Shown: positions 37,243 to 51,800 of the stretch, one piece after another
Numbering within the stretch: the first letter of the stretch is position 1
Layout: each line of letters begins with the position of its first letter
Source of the DNA: Marsupella aquatica
Taxonomy: Eukaryota; Plantae; Marchantiophyta
Length of the DNA: 64,000 nucleotides
Direction: 5' to 3'
NCBI GenBank assembly: GCA_973895155.1
Contig: OZ316897.1
Location: forward strand, 11,803,832 to 11,867,831
Made by a program: the position numbers and the translations under genes
Notes under the pieces: generated by a model
The model's database searches: none
Told to the model about the DNA's origin: nothing
The model's input: the letters and a program-made list of their open reading frames with translations, nothing else

Positions 37243-39970
37243 ATGGCTGGAGCGGGCAAGAACATCGCCAAGGCGATCTCTAAAGGGATCGACTGGGATC
37301 ACATCGCCAAGGCCGTGGTCAGCGATGAGGGCCGCCGCGAGCTCTTCGCGCTCCGCCGCTCCTTCGACGATGTCTCCAACACTCTCGAGACCAAGTTCAG
37401 TACCGTAAGTGCCACCGCCAGCGCTCCCTGTGGCTTTGTTTTCCGTCGGGTCTGCTCAATTTTACATTCCTCCGCCTTGGAGGTCGTTTCATGGCGTCGC
37501 TTAGAGGCTTGTAGTGGAATGCGTGATTTATTGCTCTGATCGGGAACTGTGCAGAAAGAAGTAAAGATTGACTGGAAGTTTTACTCGGAGAAGCTCGGTC
37601 CTAAGATTGTGGACACATTCAAAGGCTCCTTTGAAAGTAAGTTTGCTGGCTTATGGGGTTCCTTGTGGTCCTCACGCCTGTCACTGGGGACATTAGACAG
37701 TCAGGAAGGCGAAATGAAACGATCGAGAGTGAATTGTAGTTCAGTAGATAGCCAGTTGGTGGGCTGTGTTGTCTTATTTTTTGCAATTGCATCTTAGTTT
37801 GCTGTCTGTATTTCCAGAGAGGCAGCATGGAATCATATTGTCCTCTTCGGAGCTTTTGTCATTCTGACAGAGAGAACAGATTTCCAAGTTGTAAGCCCTT
37901 CTAGTGTCCGACTCATGAGAGCATTCAAACTGTTCGATAGGTCATGAGTTTAGGTTTATGACCTGTACTTATGTATGATGGATGAGTCGGGTTAAAGCAC
38001 GGCGAATAGTCTCATTACCAGCTCTCTAGAAAATACCTCATTGGTATCTCAAGCTAAAATCTGTTACTTGAATATCATGCAAATTTTAGCTTGTAAGCTG
38101 GAGTGGAAAGGTCTCGCAAGAAGATTGATTTTCGAAAAACATATCTGACCAGTTCCACAAATTCTGCTTCCAGACGAATTTTAGCGTGTCGCAGTTGGCA
38201 CTGCTTTCAATGACTCCATTGCTTTCACGTGCAGCCCTTGAAATTCCTGAGTATGAAGACACGCACACCCCAGAATACAAGAAGAAGTATGAGGAAATGG
38301 TAAGTACTCCACCTTTCAAAGAGCCCTAATTTTGTGTGTTTCTGGGATCCTTCCTATTTCACTTTGAGCCCTGGTCCTAATAGATAAGTGGTAGGTCACT
38401 TGGATAGCTTGGTCACTGTTTGTACGTATATCAAGTTTTGGCTTGTTCTGACAAAGTAAATTTCATGGTTCGTTTCGGAAGCTAGATACGCTATAGACCT
38501 CCTGTTTGGGAGCGTCTGCTCTTCGGGATAAGTAAAGGAACCCTAGACTCGACTTGCATTCTTGCAAGCATCTTAGAAGACCAAAGCTATTCACCTTAAA
38601 ATTAGGAATTCCAAATAACGCACTCGTCTTCTTTGTTGACTTTTGGTGAATGCTTGTCTGAGCAGATGAAGACGGCAACTCAGTTGGAAGAGGAATCCAA
38701 AAGGGAAATCGTGAGGCTGGATTCTGAGATTGACAAGATAAAGCGAGAGAAGGTATTTTCCATTCCATTCTCTCCGGAGGAATGAATAAATGAGGACCCA
38801 CATATCATGCGGGCCGTTAAAACGGGAAACTATCCACCGTCCAATTACCTATTAACGGAAAACTATCCACTGTCCAAACACGCAGAACTGATCAAAATGG
38901 GCATTACTAGTCGAAACTTCAAATCTACAGTTTGTCAAATCTTTATGTCGAGAAAGGGGAAGAATCAAGTAACTTATTAGAATTTCATAATGGTACTGGA
39001 GATCATGCTAGATGAGGCTGACACTCTGAAAATGCGGAAAGGACGAGAACTGTCCAATTTTGGATTCATAATGGGCTTCATTCTGTCTGTTCTTTCCAAG
39101 GCTATGGGAAAAATATTGAGAAGTTGGTTTTTCAGTGTCTTCGTCTCAAGCATCCCTCGCGCAGAAATTTCCTGACTGATATTTTGGGAGACGGACATTT
39201 CTGAAAGTGTGTACACATCCCCGATGTTGGGAGAGCTGCAGTTTTTGTTTCCTTTGTTTTCTGTTTTTATCTTTGCTTCGCATGTTAAAATTTCCTTCCA
39301 TACAATTTTAGGAGAGAAGGCATATCAGAATTTGCGTTCAATGCATTTCTTTGGTCAATATGTCACGTTTTAACTGGACTGCAGCCCATCCTTCATTGTT
39401 AAAGTTGTGTCCGTTGTCTTACATAACAAAAATCTATCAAGAGTGACCACAGTTCCGGCTACTATCATTATGCCACACCTGAGCGATATCCTACACACAG
39501 AAAGATTTATGTAGGATTTAAGCTTACACGCAAACTTTCGCAATCTGCTTTGGGGGCATTGGAACGTTCTGGTTGATATATCAATTCTGCAACCTTCATT
39601 GTTAACAATATTCTAAACCCACCACAGGCACAAGTTTTTCTCTTTTCCCAGTTTCCCTAAGCTGTATTTGCATTTCAATTCAGTTTAGTAGGAAAAGATA
39701 CTAATGTATCTATGATTAAAGAGTGGCTAAAATCGTAGACGTCGTTTGTTGTAAGACATCCAAGGACTGTGGTCGTGTTGTACTGTCGGGCTTATGACTT
39801 TAATGGGACAAGAGAAGGGGAATGCACAAAATGTCTGAGGTCGATGATATATATGGGATGTCCTTTTTCAGGAACAATTGCGAACACGGACGGTGGATGA
39901 CTATTTCCGTGAGAATCCCAAGCTCCAAGAGGAAATCGATGGTGAAATCAGGAATCAGAACTGGGCCTAG
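37243..39970 (+). CDS. ATPQ: Mitochondrial ATP synthase subunit d, 164 aa, 5 exons
   Basis: Exons 37243-37404, 37555-37636, 38235-38299, 38666-38752 and 39872-39970 total 495 nt in frame. IDWDHIAKAVVSDEGRRELFALRRSFDDV, IDWKFY, EIPEYEDTHTPEYK and TVDDYFRENPKLQEEIDGEIRNQNW match plant subunit d. Confidence 0.95.
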
Positions 39971-42836
39971 GAGCATCTACCTGCTTCGTAATCAGACCTT
40001 TTCCAGTATCCATTGTGAAGTGCTCAGGACGGTTAATAAACGGCAGAATTGAAATTTAGTGTGCTCACATAAATAGCGGGCACTTTGTTGATGTTGGCCG
40101 TATGCCTGGGAGCAGACTGATGTTTGGTTGCCATTGTTTGGTGAGGCTGAAATGCCTCAGTTTCAAACTGTGGTAAGTTTGGAGCTGCTTCATTGAGTGT
40201 CTCGAGCACCGGCGGACGTAAATTGCTGGCTGGGTTTGCCACTTGATGAACTCACCAGCTGGCACTGAGAATGCTGTAATCTCTCTGAAGCAGCATGAGT
40301 CATTTCTGAGTCTCAGTTTGCGGTTGTCATTTGCCATTTCCACTTATCACGACTCCTTCGTTTGAAGCATATGTACTCTCAAGCTATCGAAAGCTAGAGT
40401 CACATGTTAACTTATCAGGAGTGATTTGAGTTTGTAATTTGCAAGTGTCCCTTAATTGTCAACAGTGACGATGCTCTCACTCAGGATGTGGATTGCATCC
40501 CCAAGGATTTATTCTGTGGGAAAAGAGCGTTGGCAGTTGAAGATGCTCAGTGACTCTGCCATCCAGCTGAATGAATGAATGATTGGATTTAAAGTCTTAA
40601 GTCATTTGGGACCCGTTCACGCCATGGGATCAAACATTGATGTCCGGGAGTTATCCATCCACCAAGCAGGTGGTATTGATGTTGCAAATGTTCTGAATCC
40701 GCATATTTGTCTTGTTCAGTGCATTGAAAAGGGCAATTTGCAATCTCCTGTAGTTTGTAAAGGGATAGTAAGTTGAAGCTATACCATCTTGCAACTTTTA
40801 TTATGTACAGCTTAAATCACTTGCTAGCTTATGGGTCAAATTTGTAGTTTTGTAACTCCCGAATCCACAAAGGGCTCATTGGGGGGTTGAAGATTTTAAT
40901 GCATGGATTAGATTGAGCTTTCTCTAGAGATAAGTGAATTTCATTGTGGTTTTTTTTTGTTGGTATTTGTTTAAAGCCATTTTTTCACTTGCCTCCATCT
41001 ATATGTCTAGAGGAATACTGGATGCAACAAGGCATTGCTTGAGGAATATGATCAGTTGTACGCGTTTGAATAGCTGATCTTTGCAGTAAGCCCAGATGCC
41101 CTGTGCTGCTACTGATATTTAATTGCTCAACTCGAGCAAGATTTCCACTCAAATCACTTTTGTGAGCCAGCAATTATCCACTGTGAAGACACTTTGCCAA
41201 CCTTATCTTCAATTTCATTCATGTCTAACCAAAAGCTTGTGTGAAAAAAGGAGAACCTGTATCAGCTTCCTTACAAGTTTATTAAAGAAACAAAAGTAAC
41301 TGGTCCATGAAGTGGATAGTAAATTTCGCTTTCCTCAATGCCTTACTCTAGAAAATTGGTTTTGAAAGCAATCCGCCAGATCTGGCGACTTTCACTTCTA
41401 ACTGAATTCACCGTCTACATGCCCTTCAATACTAGCCATTACAAATAACACTTTGCCCATTCTCCATTGTTTTGTGTATGATATTGTTCATTTAGCTCAT
41501 TTTAGTTAAACAATTGGCACACTTGTAAACACATGCACTAAAAACAATGACAATGTTTTTATTTGGAACATCTTTAGTGACAAAATAATTAAAACGAGTT
41601 AAATTTTTTAAATTTTTTTGAAAATGTTATATAAACGCTTGAGTTTCTAATATGGACTATCATGATTGCCACTGCATGGATAACAAGCCACAAACTGCAG
41701 AAACATGATAGGCGACGTTGTCACAGAGAATTCTGGCATATGCTCTACTTTGATCCATCAAACTGACCAAATGAGAGGAGTGACGGAGGAAAAGTGTCCT
41801 CCAACTTTCACATAATTCCCCCAAAATCCACATCAATTGTCATGTTTAAGATCGGTTGACTTTAACTTCTTCCTAAATTTCCGATCTTACCATAAATGTA
41901 TTATCCCATGGAATTGGCAGTCCCAGCAATCTTAGGGAATGCCAAAAAGGGGCCAAAAACAATAAATATTTGATTTCTAAAACGATAGAAAATTCCTTCC
42001 CTGGAAAATATGAGACAAGACTCCAGAGTATTCCGACAGACGAATCTCTCCCTGCCAAGCTCATAGATGGACCTCAAAACCAATACATTGTCCAGTTCCT
42101 AGAAATTTACATTTTCTGCAGAAAAAAGGTATGATGCGGTCACCCAAAAGTTAGCTCACGATTTCACAATATTTTTTTATCAAAGCCACCTCATATACTC
42201 ATCAAATTCTGGACAACTAACAAGACGATAACCAAATGAATGTAGTTAAGCAAGGACCATTTCCATCCCTTAAAAACAAAAAATATCACTGCAAAATTAT
42301 AAACTTAGTTATTGGCGATGTCAGACAAACCAGTCAAGTGACAATTAAAGAAAATTAATACAAAAACAAATCCACTAATGGACTACTTAGCGGAAAACCA
42401 AAAAGTGACAAATCAATACAAAAAGGGTCTATTTCCCAATCAACACAAGATTGACATGACACTATTACAAGTAAGATACAACCACATATCGGCTATGTTG
42501 AACTAACAAACACAAAAGTAACACAATACCAGAAACACTCCACGTTTTGGCTATATCCTCAGATGCTGTAAATCACTGACACTGCAATACAAGACCCAAT
42601 AGAACTACTGGCTATGGCAGCACTATTTTTTTAAAGTAAACAATAATAACTGATTTAATTACAACCCAAAATTGTCTGGGCGAACTCAAACTGACATGAC
42701 AATACAAGAAGTTAAAGTCAACCTTGGTTAAGGCATGGTGGACTGCCCGGTTACTTGCTTAAATTATCATTGGTTGATTGATTTTGAATTTTTTAATGCT
42801 AGCCAGGTTTGATGCTTGATCATGATCTCTTTTTTT

Positions 42837-42881
42837 GGGGGGGGGGGGGGGGGTGGTGTGTGTGTGTGTGTGTGTGTGTGT
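42837..42881. repeat. Poly-G tract followed by a (GT)n microsatellite
   Basis: Directly visible. Confidence 0.95.
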
Positions 42882-44799
42882 TTAAACACTAAACCATTAA
42901 ACGCTAAACTTTCTCGTTGGTCACCATTCTCGTTGGTCCATTCCTCTGTTCAGTGATTGTGGTAGTCACAAGTTAGCTCAGATGAGAGTAATCTTCATCC
43001 AAATTTAAACGCATAGTGGATCTCAAACACTCTTATACAAAATCAAGCAAATTTTCATTAAATCCATGCTATCCCTGTTAAAATAAACATTTTATTCTAT
43101 GGATCCCATGGAGGCTGAAGGATCTTATGATTAAAGAAGAACGTTTGAGATGGAGATCCCATGCATTTGAGCTTATAGCTGTTGTCTGTGGTGTTTCGCC
43201 ATGGTTTTTGCCAATCTTAAAAAACTGATGGGAAAGAACAGTCATAACTAAAAGTGAATGAAATTAATCTTCCGCCCAACCTGTGGGATATTGATCTCAT
43301 CGACATAACTTAAATTAATTGTTCCCTTTGAGCCACAACCACAAAGGTTGCCAGCTTACTAAAGTATATCACTTTGCCAAGTAACTAACAATATAGCAGT
43401 CTCAAAATGTTGCACAATTGCCAAAGCAAGCAAGGTTGTGTGGTTGCTCACTTGAATAGGGATTCATAGGTCTTGGGTTGAAATGTTGTAACTGGTTTCT
43501 GTTGCTTTACTTTAAAAAATCAAAATAAAATTGTACAACAACTAAAGCCTCAAAACCTGGAGATAGGATCTGAAAGGCCAAGACCCAATAAAGGGGAGGA
43601 AGACTAGATCTTGAATAAGACAAAATAACCCAAGGAGGCCAAAGAGATAAAAACGCAGAAGACCAAAAAAAATCCAGAAAAACCCCAGCAGAGCAAAGAC
43701 CCAAACAGAGAGTCCCCTAGAACTATTATAAAGTTATTTTATTTCATTTTATTTATAATAGGAATTCAGCATATTGAGGAATCTGTACTTCGTTGTCTTA
43801 TATGATAGTTGTTGAAGATCCTGCTGAGTGAGTTATAGCTCTAGCTCAGCAGTTGCCAACTGAACCATTCATGTGGTATCTGTTACTGGATACCCCTTAC
43901 TGCCATTCACGTTCACCCAATAAAAAATAGATTATTATATTTTTGGCTAGATTAGCAAAATAATTAAATACAAAAGATGAACCTGGAAACAATTTTGGCA
44001 TGTAATGTAAGCATACTATATTTGGGGTCCTTGTGAAACCTGAAAGAATTTTGTCACGCAGAATTAAAAAAAAGCATTCTACGCATCATCCTGGCACTAA
44101 CCACTGACTTTTCAATGTTGAGATTATTTCCTAAATTAAATAGAGGTGGTGTGAACCAGGATAGCCCTACCTATAGGGTAATAGAAATATTATAGAAAAA
44201 TAACTTTGCGGTGGGCATTATTGTCCTTCGGTGAGCTACTGTAGTGGTGCTGGACTTAATATATAGTTTGCTGTTGCATGGTAGCGGACAGAAGGGATTC
44301 TGCAAGATACCAGACTCGATCGAGGTTACATATGCAGATCCAGATCGACAGTTGAAAGCTACCTAACTGCACACATTGGGGAACGAGCTTGCTTCCACTC
44401 CTAAATTTGCTTCGGATCGGGGAACGAGCTTGCTTCCACTCAAATTGTTTCCGATTGCTGGCCATAATTAGTATTGATTCTAATTGGGGTGTCTCAAATA
44501 CAATGAATTATTTTCCCTTCATGATTGACCTTCTTTGGGAGTGTTATGAGTCAGGGCAGCGGGAAAGACTCTTCCGGTACAAATGTGAGGCTAGACCAGT
44601 CACGCTAGGAGTCATGACTATACAAATGTGAGGCTAGACCAGTCACGCTAGGAGTCATGACTAAACTGAGTGTCGATGCTACAAGAAGAGTACCAGATTT
44701 CAATGTGTTCATGAACTCATCTTGCCATTTTCACTAACTGCAGCAATCCTTCTCAAATCCCTTCTGATCATGAACTCATCTTGCCATTTTCACAGACTG

Positions 44800-47700
44800 C
44801 AGTAACCCTTCTCAAATCTGAGAGCACTAAAATATCATTGCCTCACTATATATACCAAGTTTTGGTGCACCCCGAGTGCATCACGGGACGCCCATGAGGT
44901 GCTTTGTTTCTTTCAATATTTGACACTCACTAATTTCTCCAGATACACCATAATTCTACATCGAGTTTATGTTGTCTCCAGATCCACCAGAATTCTACAT
45001 CGAGTTTATGTCGGGAATTTCTGGACTCTTCGAGCAAAGTGAACACCACTGTACACATATATAGCTCACTCGGACGTCTAATATTCTACCGAATTGGAAC
45101 TCCAGCACTTGTCGTATTTGCAGTAGTGGGCAGGATCTCCGATCCTTACCACATCATGATCAATCGATGCTTCATCTTGGATCTCTACCCACTGTAACTC
45201 AGAATATTCATGCACCTTCCAGTCATCGATGTTCAGACGCATTCCACCTGGCAAGGCTACTTAGGAGGCGTTTGAATTCAGTCCTAGGTTCCCAGTGAGT
45301 AGAACTTTGTGTGGGATCGGAAGAACGAGCACTACTGATGTGTGTTCATGAGACCAAATTGAAAGTCAATTTTCGAAACCCGGCGAAATTGAACCAGTCA
45401 AGGAAAGCGCTCTCCGGCCCGGAAATTGGAATCCAAGCGAAATGCCTGCTGCTGATTGAAACATAAGAGTCAAATAATCAGAGCTAAAATCAGCTTGAAT
45501 TAGAATGAGGAATCCAATTTACTCAATCCACAGAAAAACGGTATAAAGTAAGAGTGGGTTGCTTGTCCTTTTTGCACGAGTCTCTCTGCCTGGACAACAC
45601 TGAGGGCCGTTATTCAAATGAACTCTTCCGCTGTTTGGACTCTCCACGCTCGTGTCTCCGGGCCGCTTACTCAAGGTACTACTAGATGTCCGGGGACAAG
45701 GAGACACTCAGTCCCCTAGACAAGACAGTACTGTTGCCAGGGTAGGGACAATAAGTAGCTTCATAAGCCGACAGATTTCCCAGTTGCAATGAGATATCAG
45801 ATGACTCGTAATCTACAACCAGGTGCAGCCATCACAAATATATCACATAGACGAGAGATGATCTCTACAGCTCGAAACGGAGCTGAACTCGTTGAGGAAT
45901 CTTAGCACTGTTCGATATATATCTGGAAAACTGAAACTCATGGCATAATAATCTAGAAGTCAGGTTTAGGTGATATTGAGTCCCAAACCCATTTGTGGGA
46001 GAATACACACGTGTGACGTGTATGTTTTGAAAGAATCTTTTGGCTAACAATTTGGGTCGTTTGCAATCCTGCTAAGTATTCTTCCATCGGTAGAACGGGC
46101 GTAGACGATGCTATTGAGGAGAAGTGTAGTAGACGGTGAAAGACCTCCCTTCAGGAGAGGACGCATATGGCGACTGTTGACCTGGCGCAGCAGCTTCAGA
46201 AACGCCATCTGGAACGACGTACTGGCCTGAACATTGGCCAAGTCTGAACATTGACCAGTACGTCGGGGTGACCAGTTGGAACTCGATCAGAAGTGGAACG
46301 GCTGCTTTCCAGAATGTGGAGTGGATGCCAATTTAGGTAAGATCAATAATCTATGATAGCGGTAAGGAACAATCATGTCCATTTCGGTCAAGACAGGAGT
46401 AGATGGGGCTTGTGCTATCATGCACCCACGATGTCGATTGGGATTGGATCTTTGTACATTCTCCGACTTTCTCAATGGAACCGTATCTAACCTTCGGATT
46501 AAGTTTAAATTCGGAAGGCAAGACAATACCTAACTCAGCCACTGTACCTACTGTCGAGCCAATTCAGCTTTTGACAGTCACGCTAAGTATCGAGCAAGAT
46601 CCATCTAGTGAGACACCATCTGGTTCGGATGACGGTTCACTAAACCACTTCGCAGTCGGAGTGAATTCCTTGGCCAGATCTTTAATAAATTGCTGAAATT
46701 AATAGTTCAATTTGGAAGATTGTTTGGTTTGTTCGTATTATGCTTTAAAGATGTACATTGCTCTTATGGACGTTAATAGTGCAACGAGCTGATAGAGGGC
46801 ATAATCTGCCTCGGGAGGTTCTTCCGGTGGTTCACGCCTCGAGAAGTTGACTTTCCGTGGTTGACCGTGTGGAAGTGATTGGACCATGTACATGACCCCT
46901 CTTTTGTTTGCTGAATGCGTTTTGTCACTCACGGTTTGAGCTGATTGTCTTCCTAGCTTGTTTGTTCAGATTATTGATTCAGTTGCATATATAGATGTAG
47001 ATGTATTCATGTGCGTCGACAGGATATGAGCTAGAAGGATCGTTTGTTCCAACCTAGCCTCAAGCTAAGTATCGATCTATTCTTCATCCTCAAAATTTGT
47101 CTACACGGTGCATGATCGAAGTCAACATTCCTTTCCATTGTGAATCACAATTACTTTATGTACTCCATCTTCTATACAAAGTCACAAACTCGGGACATGA
47201 AATCTTTCTGCCAGTACCCTTAAAAAAGGTTCCATCTCGGAAAGTCTGGCCCCAATGTAATAGCATATTATTTTTCGTTGGGAGACATGGTCTACTCAGG
47301 AAGCTAATTGAGCTGTCGAGAAAGCAGCCAGGCACTTGAGCTGGGAAGCTAAAAGATTGGCGCTTGCTTTCAAAAGAATTTAAAACAGTTGAAGCTTTTA
47401 ATTGTAATAACTGAAAAAGCGAGAACTGTTGGCAAATTAAATACGCTCGCAAATACGCACGCTATGCATCCCAGGAGCAGACTGATGCATTGAAGATGCC
47501 AATCAAACGCAGCCAAAGCCCGGGCAAAAACCACCAGAAACGACAAGGGAGCCGAAGGGAATCATAGACCAAACTCGAAGTGATCTTAGAATGATGTTCT
47601 CTTTGGAAACAGAGCACGGTAGGAATACTCCTGCCTCAACGTACCTGTTCCCGGACCTTGGGCTCTACGCAGGGAGTAGTGTGTAAAGAATCGTTTTTCC

Positions 47701-48800
47701 GCTATCGATCGGATCCGCGGAAGACAGGAAATTAAGCAGTAGATTAGATGTACTGGGATCAAAGCATCGACTGGGATCCGACGTTGTGATAATGGATCTT
47801 AGGCGGGATCTTAGGCTGTTAGTCACAAGTTTACACATCTCAGAAAATTGATGGGAACAAAAAAGGTTCGAAGCAATCGTCTTCCAAACCGGGGACAAGA
47901 TCAGCAATGTCCTTCTTGACTGGGACAGGACTAGTAGTCACAATGCTCCCCCTAAACTAAGATAGCATACCATCAAAGGTTAAAGTACTGAATCCTGTAC
48001 AAAGAACGTTGGTGCTCTACCGGGTGCTCCAATTGATAAGCTACTGAAGGCCGTCGATCTTTTGACCGTCTGATCCATTATCGTCTGTCCCTAAGACAAG
48101 GGTGACCCACGCGCTGGTCAAGCTGAATGTCATTCTTGGGGCACAAGAATGAACAAACTTTGTGTCTTTAGCGCAGGATCCTAATTAAAGTAGGGAGCCA
48201 TTAACAGACTATGAACAAATTCAAAGAACTTTTGCTCTTTGCATGCTCAAGACGCCCACAGTGTACGCACTGTGTTTCGAACTTTTCTTGCTTGTGTTAC
48301 ATATTGTGTGCCACACTCACATCTAAGCCACCGAACAGCCACCCGCAGTGCACTGAAACTTGGAACACACACACAAACATACACTTCAACGTACCTGCCC
48401 AAGACTCTTTCATGATCGATCAATAACGCCAAATCTGGCAACCACGTGGAATAAATATCAGTAACACTGACTGAAGCCATTTTTAGGACGAAGATACAAG
48501 AATGTTGGAGTCTCTTCTCAATTTCGGGATCTGAGCATTGAATTGTCGATCTCCCATCCAAGTTGAGTTATATGCTTGATGGTCCCCTGGTGAAACTGAT
48601 AACTTGTTTACCTGATAGGGCCCCATGAAAGTCAGTTTAAGTTCAAGTTTCCAACCAAACTCGGGCTCGAGAGACGTACAGCAGAGGTGCGGGGTTGGGA
48701 GTTGTACAGTACGAGTCAGTACTCAGTACCCAAGTGGCACATTGGAGGAAACCATGGGAACTGGCATTAAATATACTAACCGGACTGTAAGAGCAAATAA
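44800..48800 (-). pseudogene. Heavily decayed multi-exon DUF4062-NACHT (NWD1/NWD2-like STAND NTPase) pseudogene, possibly extending 5' to about 52503
   Basis: Collinear peptide remnants in shifting frames: PVSIFNASSHG (~48780), CSDPEIEKRLQHSCIFVL (~48535), LLLNFLSSADPIDSGKTILYTLLP (~47740), ASTSFQMAFLKLLRQ (~46225), FI*ITALSVVQAERLVQK (~45620), AFLDWFNFAGFRKLTF (~45405), EIQDEASIDHDV (~45185), RQVLEFQFGRILDVRVSYI (~45110), VHQNL (~44865). Several minus-strand GT donor sites. Matched from memory of family consensus only, and no intact Walker A was found. Confidence 0.4.
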
Positions 48801-51800
48801 TGATGTACACGAATGTGACTGTTCAGTTCAATAATAGACGGCATTTCATGGAATCCTATCGGACCCCACATGATCGATTGTGAACATGTTCTATACTTTT
48901 TGTGTAGGTCTAGTCTAGCTTTTTAAGATTAATCGAAAGCAAAATCGTAGAATAAGTCAAACTGAGAGTCAAAACTATTGTCGTTAATAACTGAGGTGTA
49001 GAAAGAGCGGACAAAACTGAAGTCATTTAAGTCGTATAAACCCGAAATAAAAACGTACTAAACAAGTATAAACAAAAGTAGACAAAAAGTGTTGTTACAC
49101 GTACCACCAGTGAGCAGCACTCGACGCTCTAATTAAAGATAGTAAGCTAGGCTCTAGGATTAATTTGTTTGGTTCGCGATTACACCGTTTGGGAATTTGT
49201 GAAAGGTGTCTGGAAATCGTTGCCACGAGAATGTCGCCATGAAATCCGTTGAAGGTTACCATATCATTAGAACTGTCGATAATATGCCGTACATCATGCC
49301 AGTATCGAATTTACGCATTGGCAAGATTCTCCAATCATGCACGGAGCAGATCGTCTAAGCTTGCATGCATGAACGTTGTGAGGCTCAGTAAGTTGCGATA
49401 AATCCTCGTTGACTGTTTCTCGCATGTCACGTTCTTTGTATTAGTCGAAATATATGCCCTAAAACATAGTAATTGCAGATCGATATGCGGATTTTCGCTA
49501 CCAATTGCAGTCATAGTTTGAATGGTCGAGTAGTTACAAAAGTAGTCAGCGCGCCTACAGAATATCTTTATTGAATGCTTAAAGCACGTACTGTGCGATA
49601 CATAATTGTCATGGCAATTTAGTATCGATCTGTTTTCATAGATCGATGCTATAAGGTGCATACTATTAAGAGTTATGCAAGCTAATCTGAACTGTTGCTG
49701 TTGTCGCAGAGGGGATTTATGACTGGAAATCGATAAGTTAATCTGCTTATCGTAGTTACCGTTTTATACATGCTAAGTTCCTGAAAGTCAACGAGCTAAG
49801 ACAATAGCCAGGATTCGTTTCCAATCCTGGCGGGCCTAACAAATGAATATTCTTCCTGGGCTTGTCAGAATGGTTCAATTGAATGCTGAAGATCAGACTA
49901 GCATTGCAATCGAACTTTTGGGGGCAGAATCTATGCGAAGACTATTATTGGACCCGAAAACCTAAGCTGAATAGGCCAGGTCAGTCTGGAGGATCTGTGG
50001 CTGAAGCTGAAAACAAAGCCCCTTAATTTCTCTTGAATGCATGATTGAGGTTCGTTTACAGTTCATCACAGCCAATGAAGAAAAACGCTAGGTTTCAGAA
50101 ACTTGAGTACACTTGGACATTGGACTGATTAGCCTGCAATCGGATTGGTACTGAGATTTCTTGGAAATCTTCACCCGGCGAACACTACAGATTCCACTCT
50201 GACTTACAGCAGTTTCAACGAAGCTACCGAATAGACCTCAAGAACACTAGAGAGATAAGTCCAGTGTGTCTTACAAAGCGTAGTTACATGCAAAACTATG
50301 GGATCGGTGACTCGTTGAAAGGTTTAGGCTTGATAACTTACTCAATAGTGCATGACCAAGTGACGAATTATGAGCACGCTCCTGAAGCTCAAGTTGGACT
50401 TTCATCGCGCTCTTAAGTTTTAATTTTCATGTGGAGTGTATATCGCAAAGAGGAACTGCCTCAAAACTGGCTCCTCGTAAGACTCACGAATGACAATGAA
50501 CCTCGTAAAATTGGAGATATTAGTCCGGCGATAGCTTTTCGCAGAAGAATGTAGATAGATTTTTGACAGTAGGCCCGCAAGTAGGGAAACTTCCACGACC
50601 TACCTGTCATTGAGACCTTCCCATAAGAAAATACAGGGTTGACGGTACTAAAAAATCAACTTCCCACATATATGCACTGTCAAAATAATTACGGAAGGAC
50701 AACGAAAAATTCATACTCGAGTGAAAAAACTCTATTGTTGGGAAACAAGTTTCTAGGTGGCAAAAAAATTACAACAAAAATAAAAGATACGTAGTAGTCC
50801 TACAGATCTTCCAGCTTGATAAGATGGAGGAATAATGATGACTGTTTAAAAAGAAACTCATCCACTTGGTGGAGGTCAATTGAAAGTAGATATGGGTCCA
50901 GCCATGTGGAGCAAAGGGGGTGAAAAACCAGTCCAATTGGTGCTGACCAATTCTCCCTATACACATACGGAGTATATCGTTGCATACCCCTCATTCTAGA
51001 ATATTTTGGTACTGACGTTGGGACGTATAAATGTACGAGAGTCAAATAATGTCTATGAATTTCTTCGAAATTAATAGAACAAATAAGTCCTTCTATGTAA
51101 TTTGTGCGTGTGGAACGATATGTCTAAATTAAGCTGCACGTTTCCTAAAACTCAAGCAATTGATTCCCCCGTTGATTCCGGGCAATGAAAATTCTAGATA
51201 TTGAGGGAACTGTTGTGCTTCTATAAAGTTGATAAGCGTTCAGGGACACCTAACGATTTCCTGTGCCTTCAGAGAGAGAATTTGAGTTCGACATCTGTCA
51301 TGGGATCTCTGAGCCCCAAACGACATCCCCATGCAATCTGTAAATATGTAATGCAGTAGCAGTCGACATAGCAAATCACTCTCAGTTGACAGCTGTTGAA
51401 TTGGAATCACAATCCCTCACAAGGACAAACAGAAAATGACAAACCACAAAGTTTGAAGCCTTGGGGTGGGAGCTGTGGCTAGATTTGCTAGCTATTGGCA
51501 TAGGCCTTGCTAGTAGTACAGGTGATCGAGGTGAGATCAGCAAACGAGCAAATGGGCGAAGGGAGTTTGCCCTTTCTCCCTTCTATCAACCCGAGCAAAT
51601 GATCGACAGATCAGGAGGCTTTTGTACAGTTGTCGAGTCGGCGCAGTTGCAGCAATCTACTCAAGGAAAACGAGGTTATAAAAGCTCAAATAGGGAGGCT
51701 ATTTGCATGGTCTCTTGTAATATCTGAGAGGAAGGTCCTAATCTTCAACACCTGACCGAGCCTCCAATTGGAAATTTCGAAGCTTCATAATTTAGCAAAC

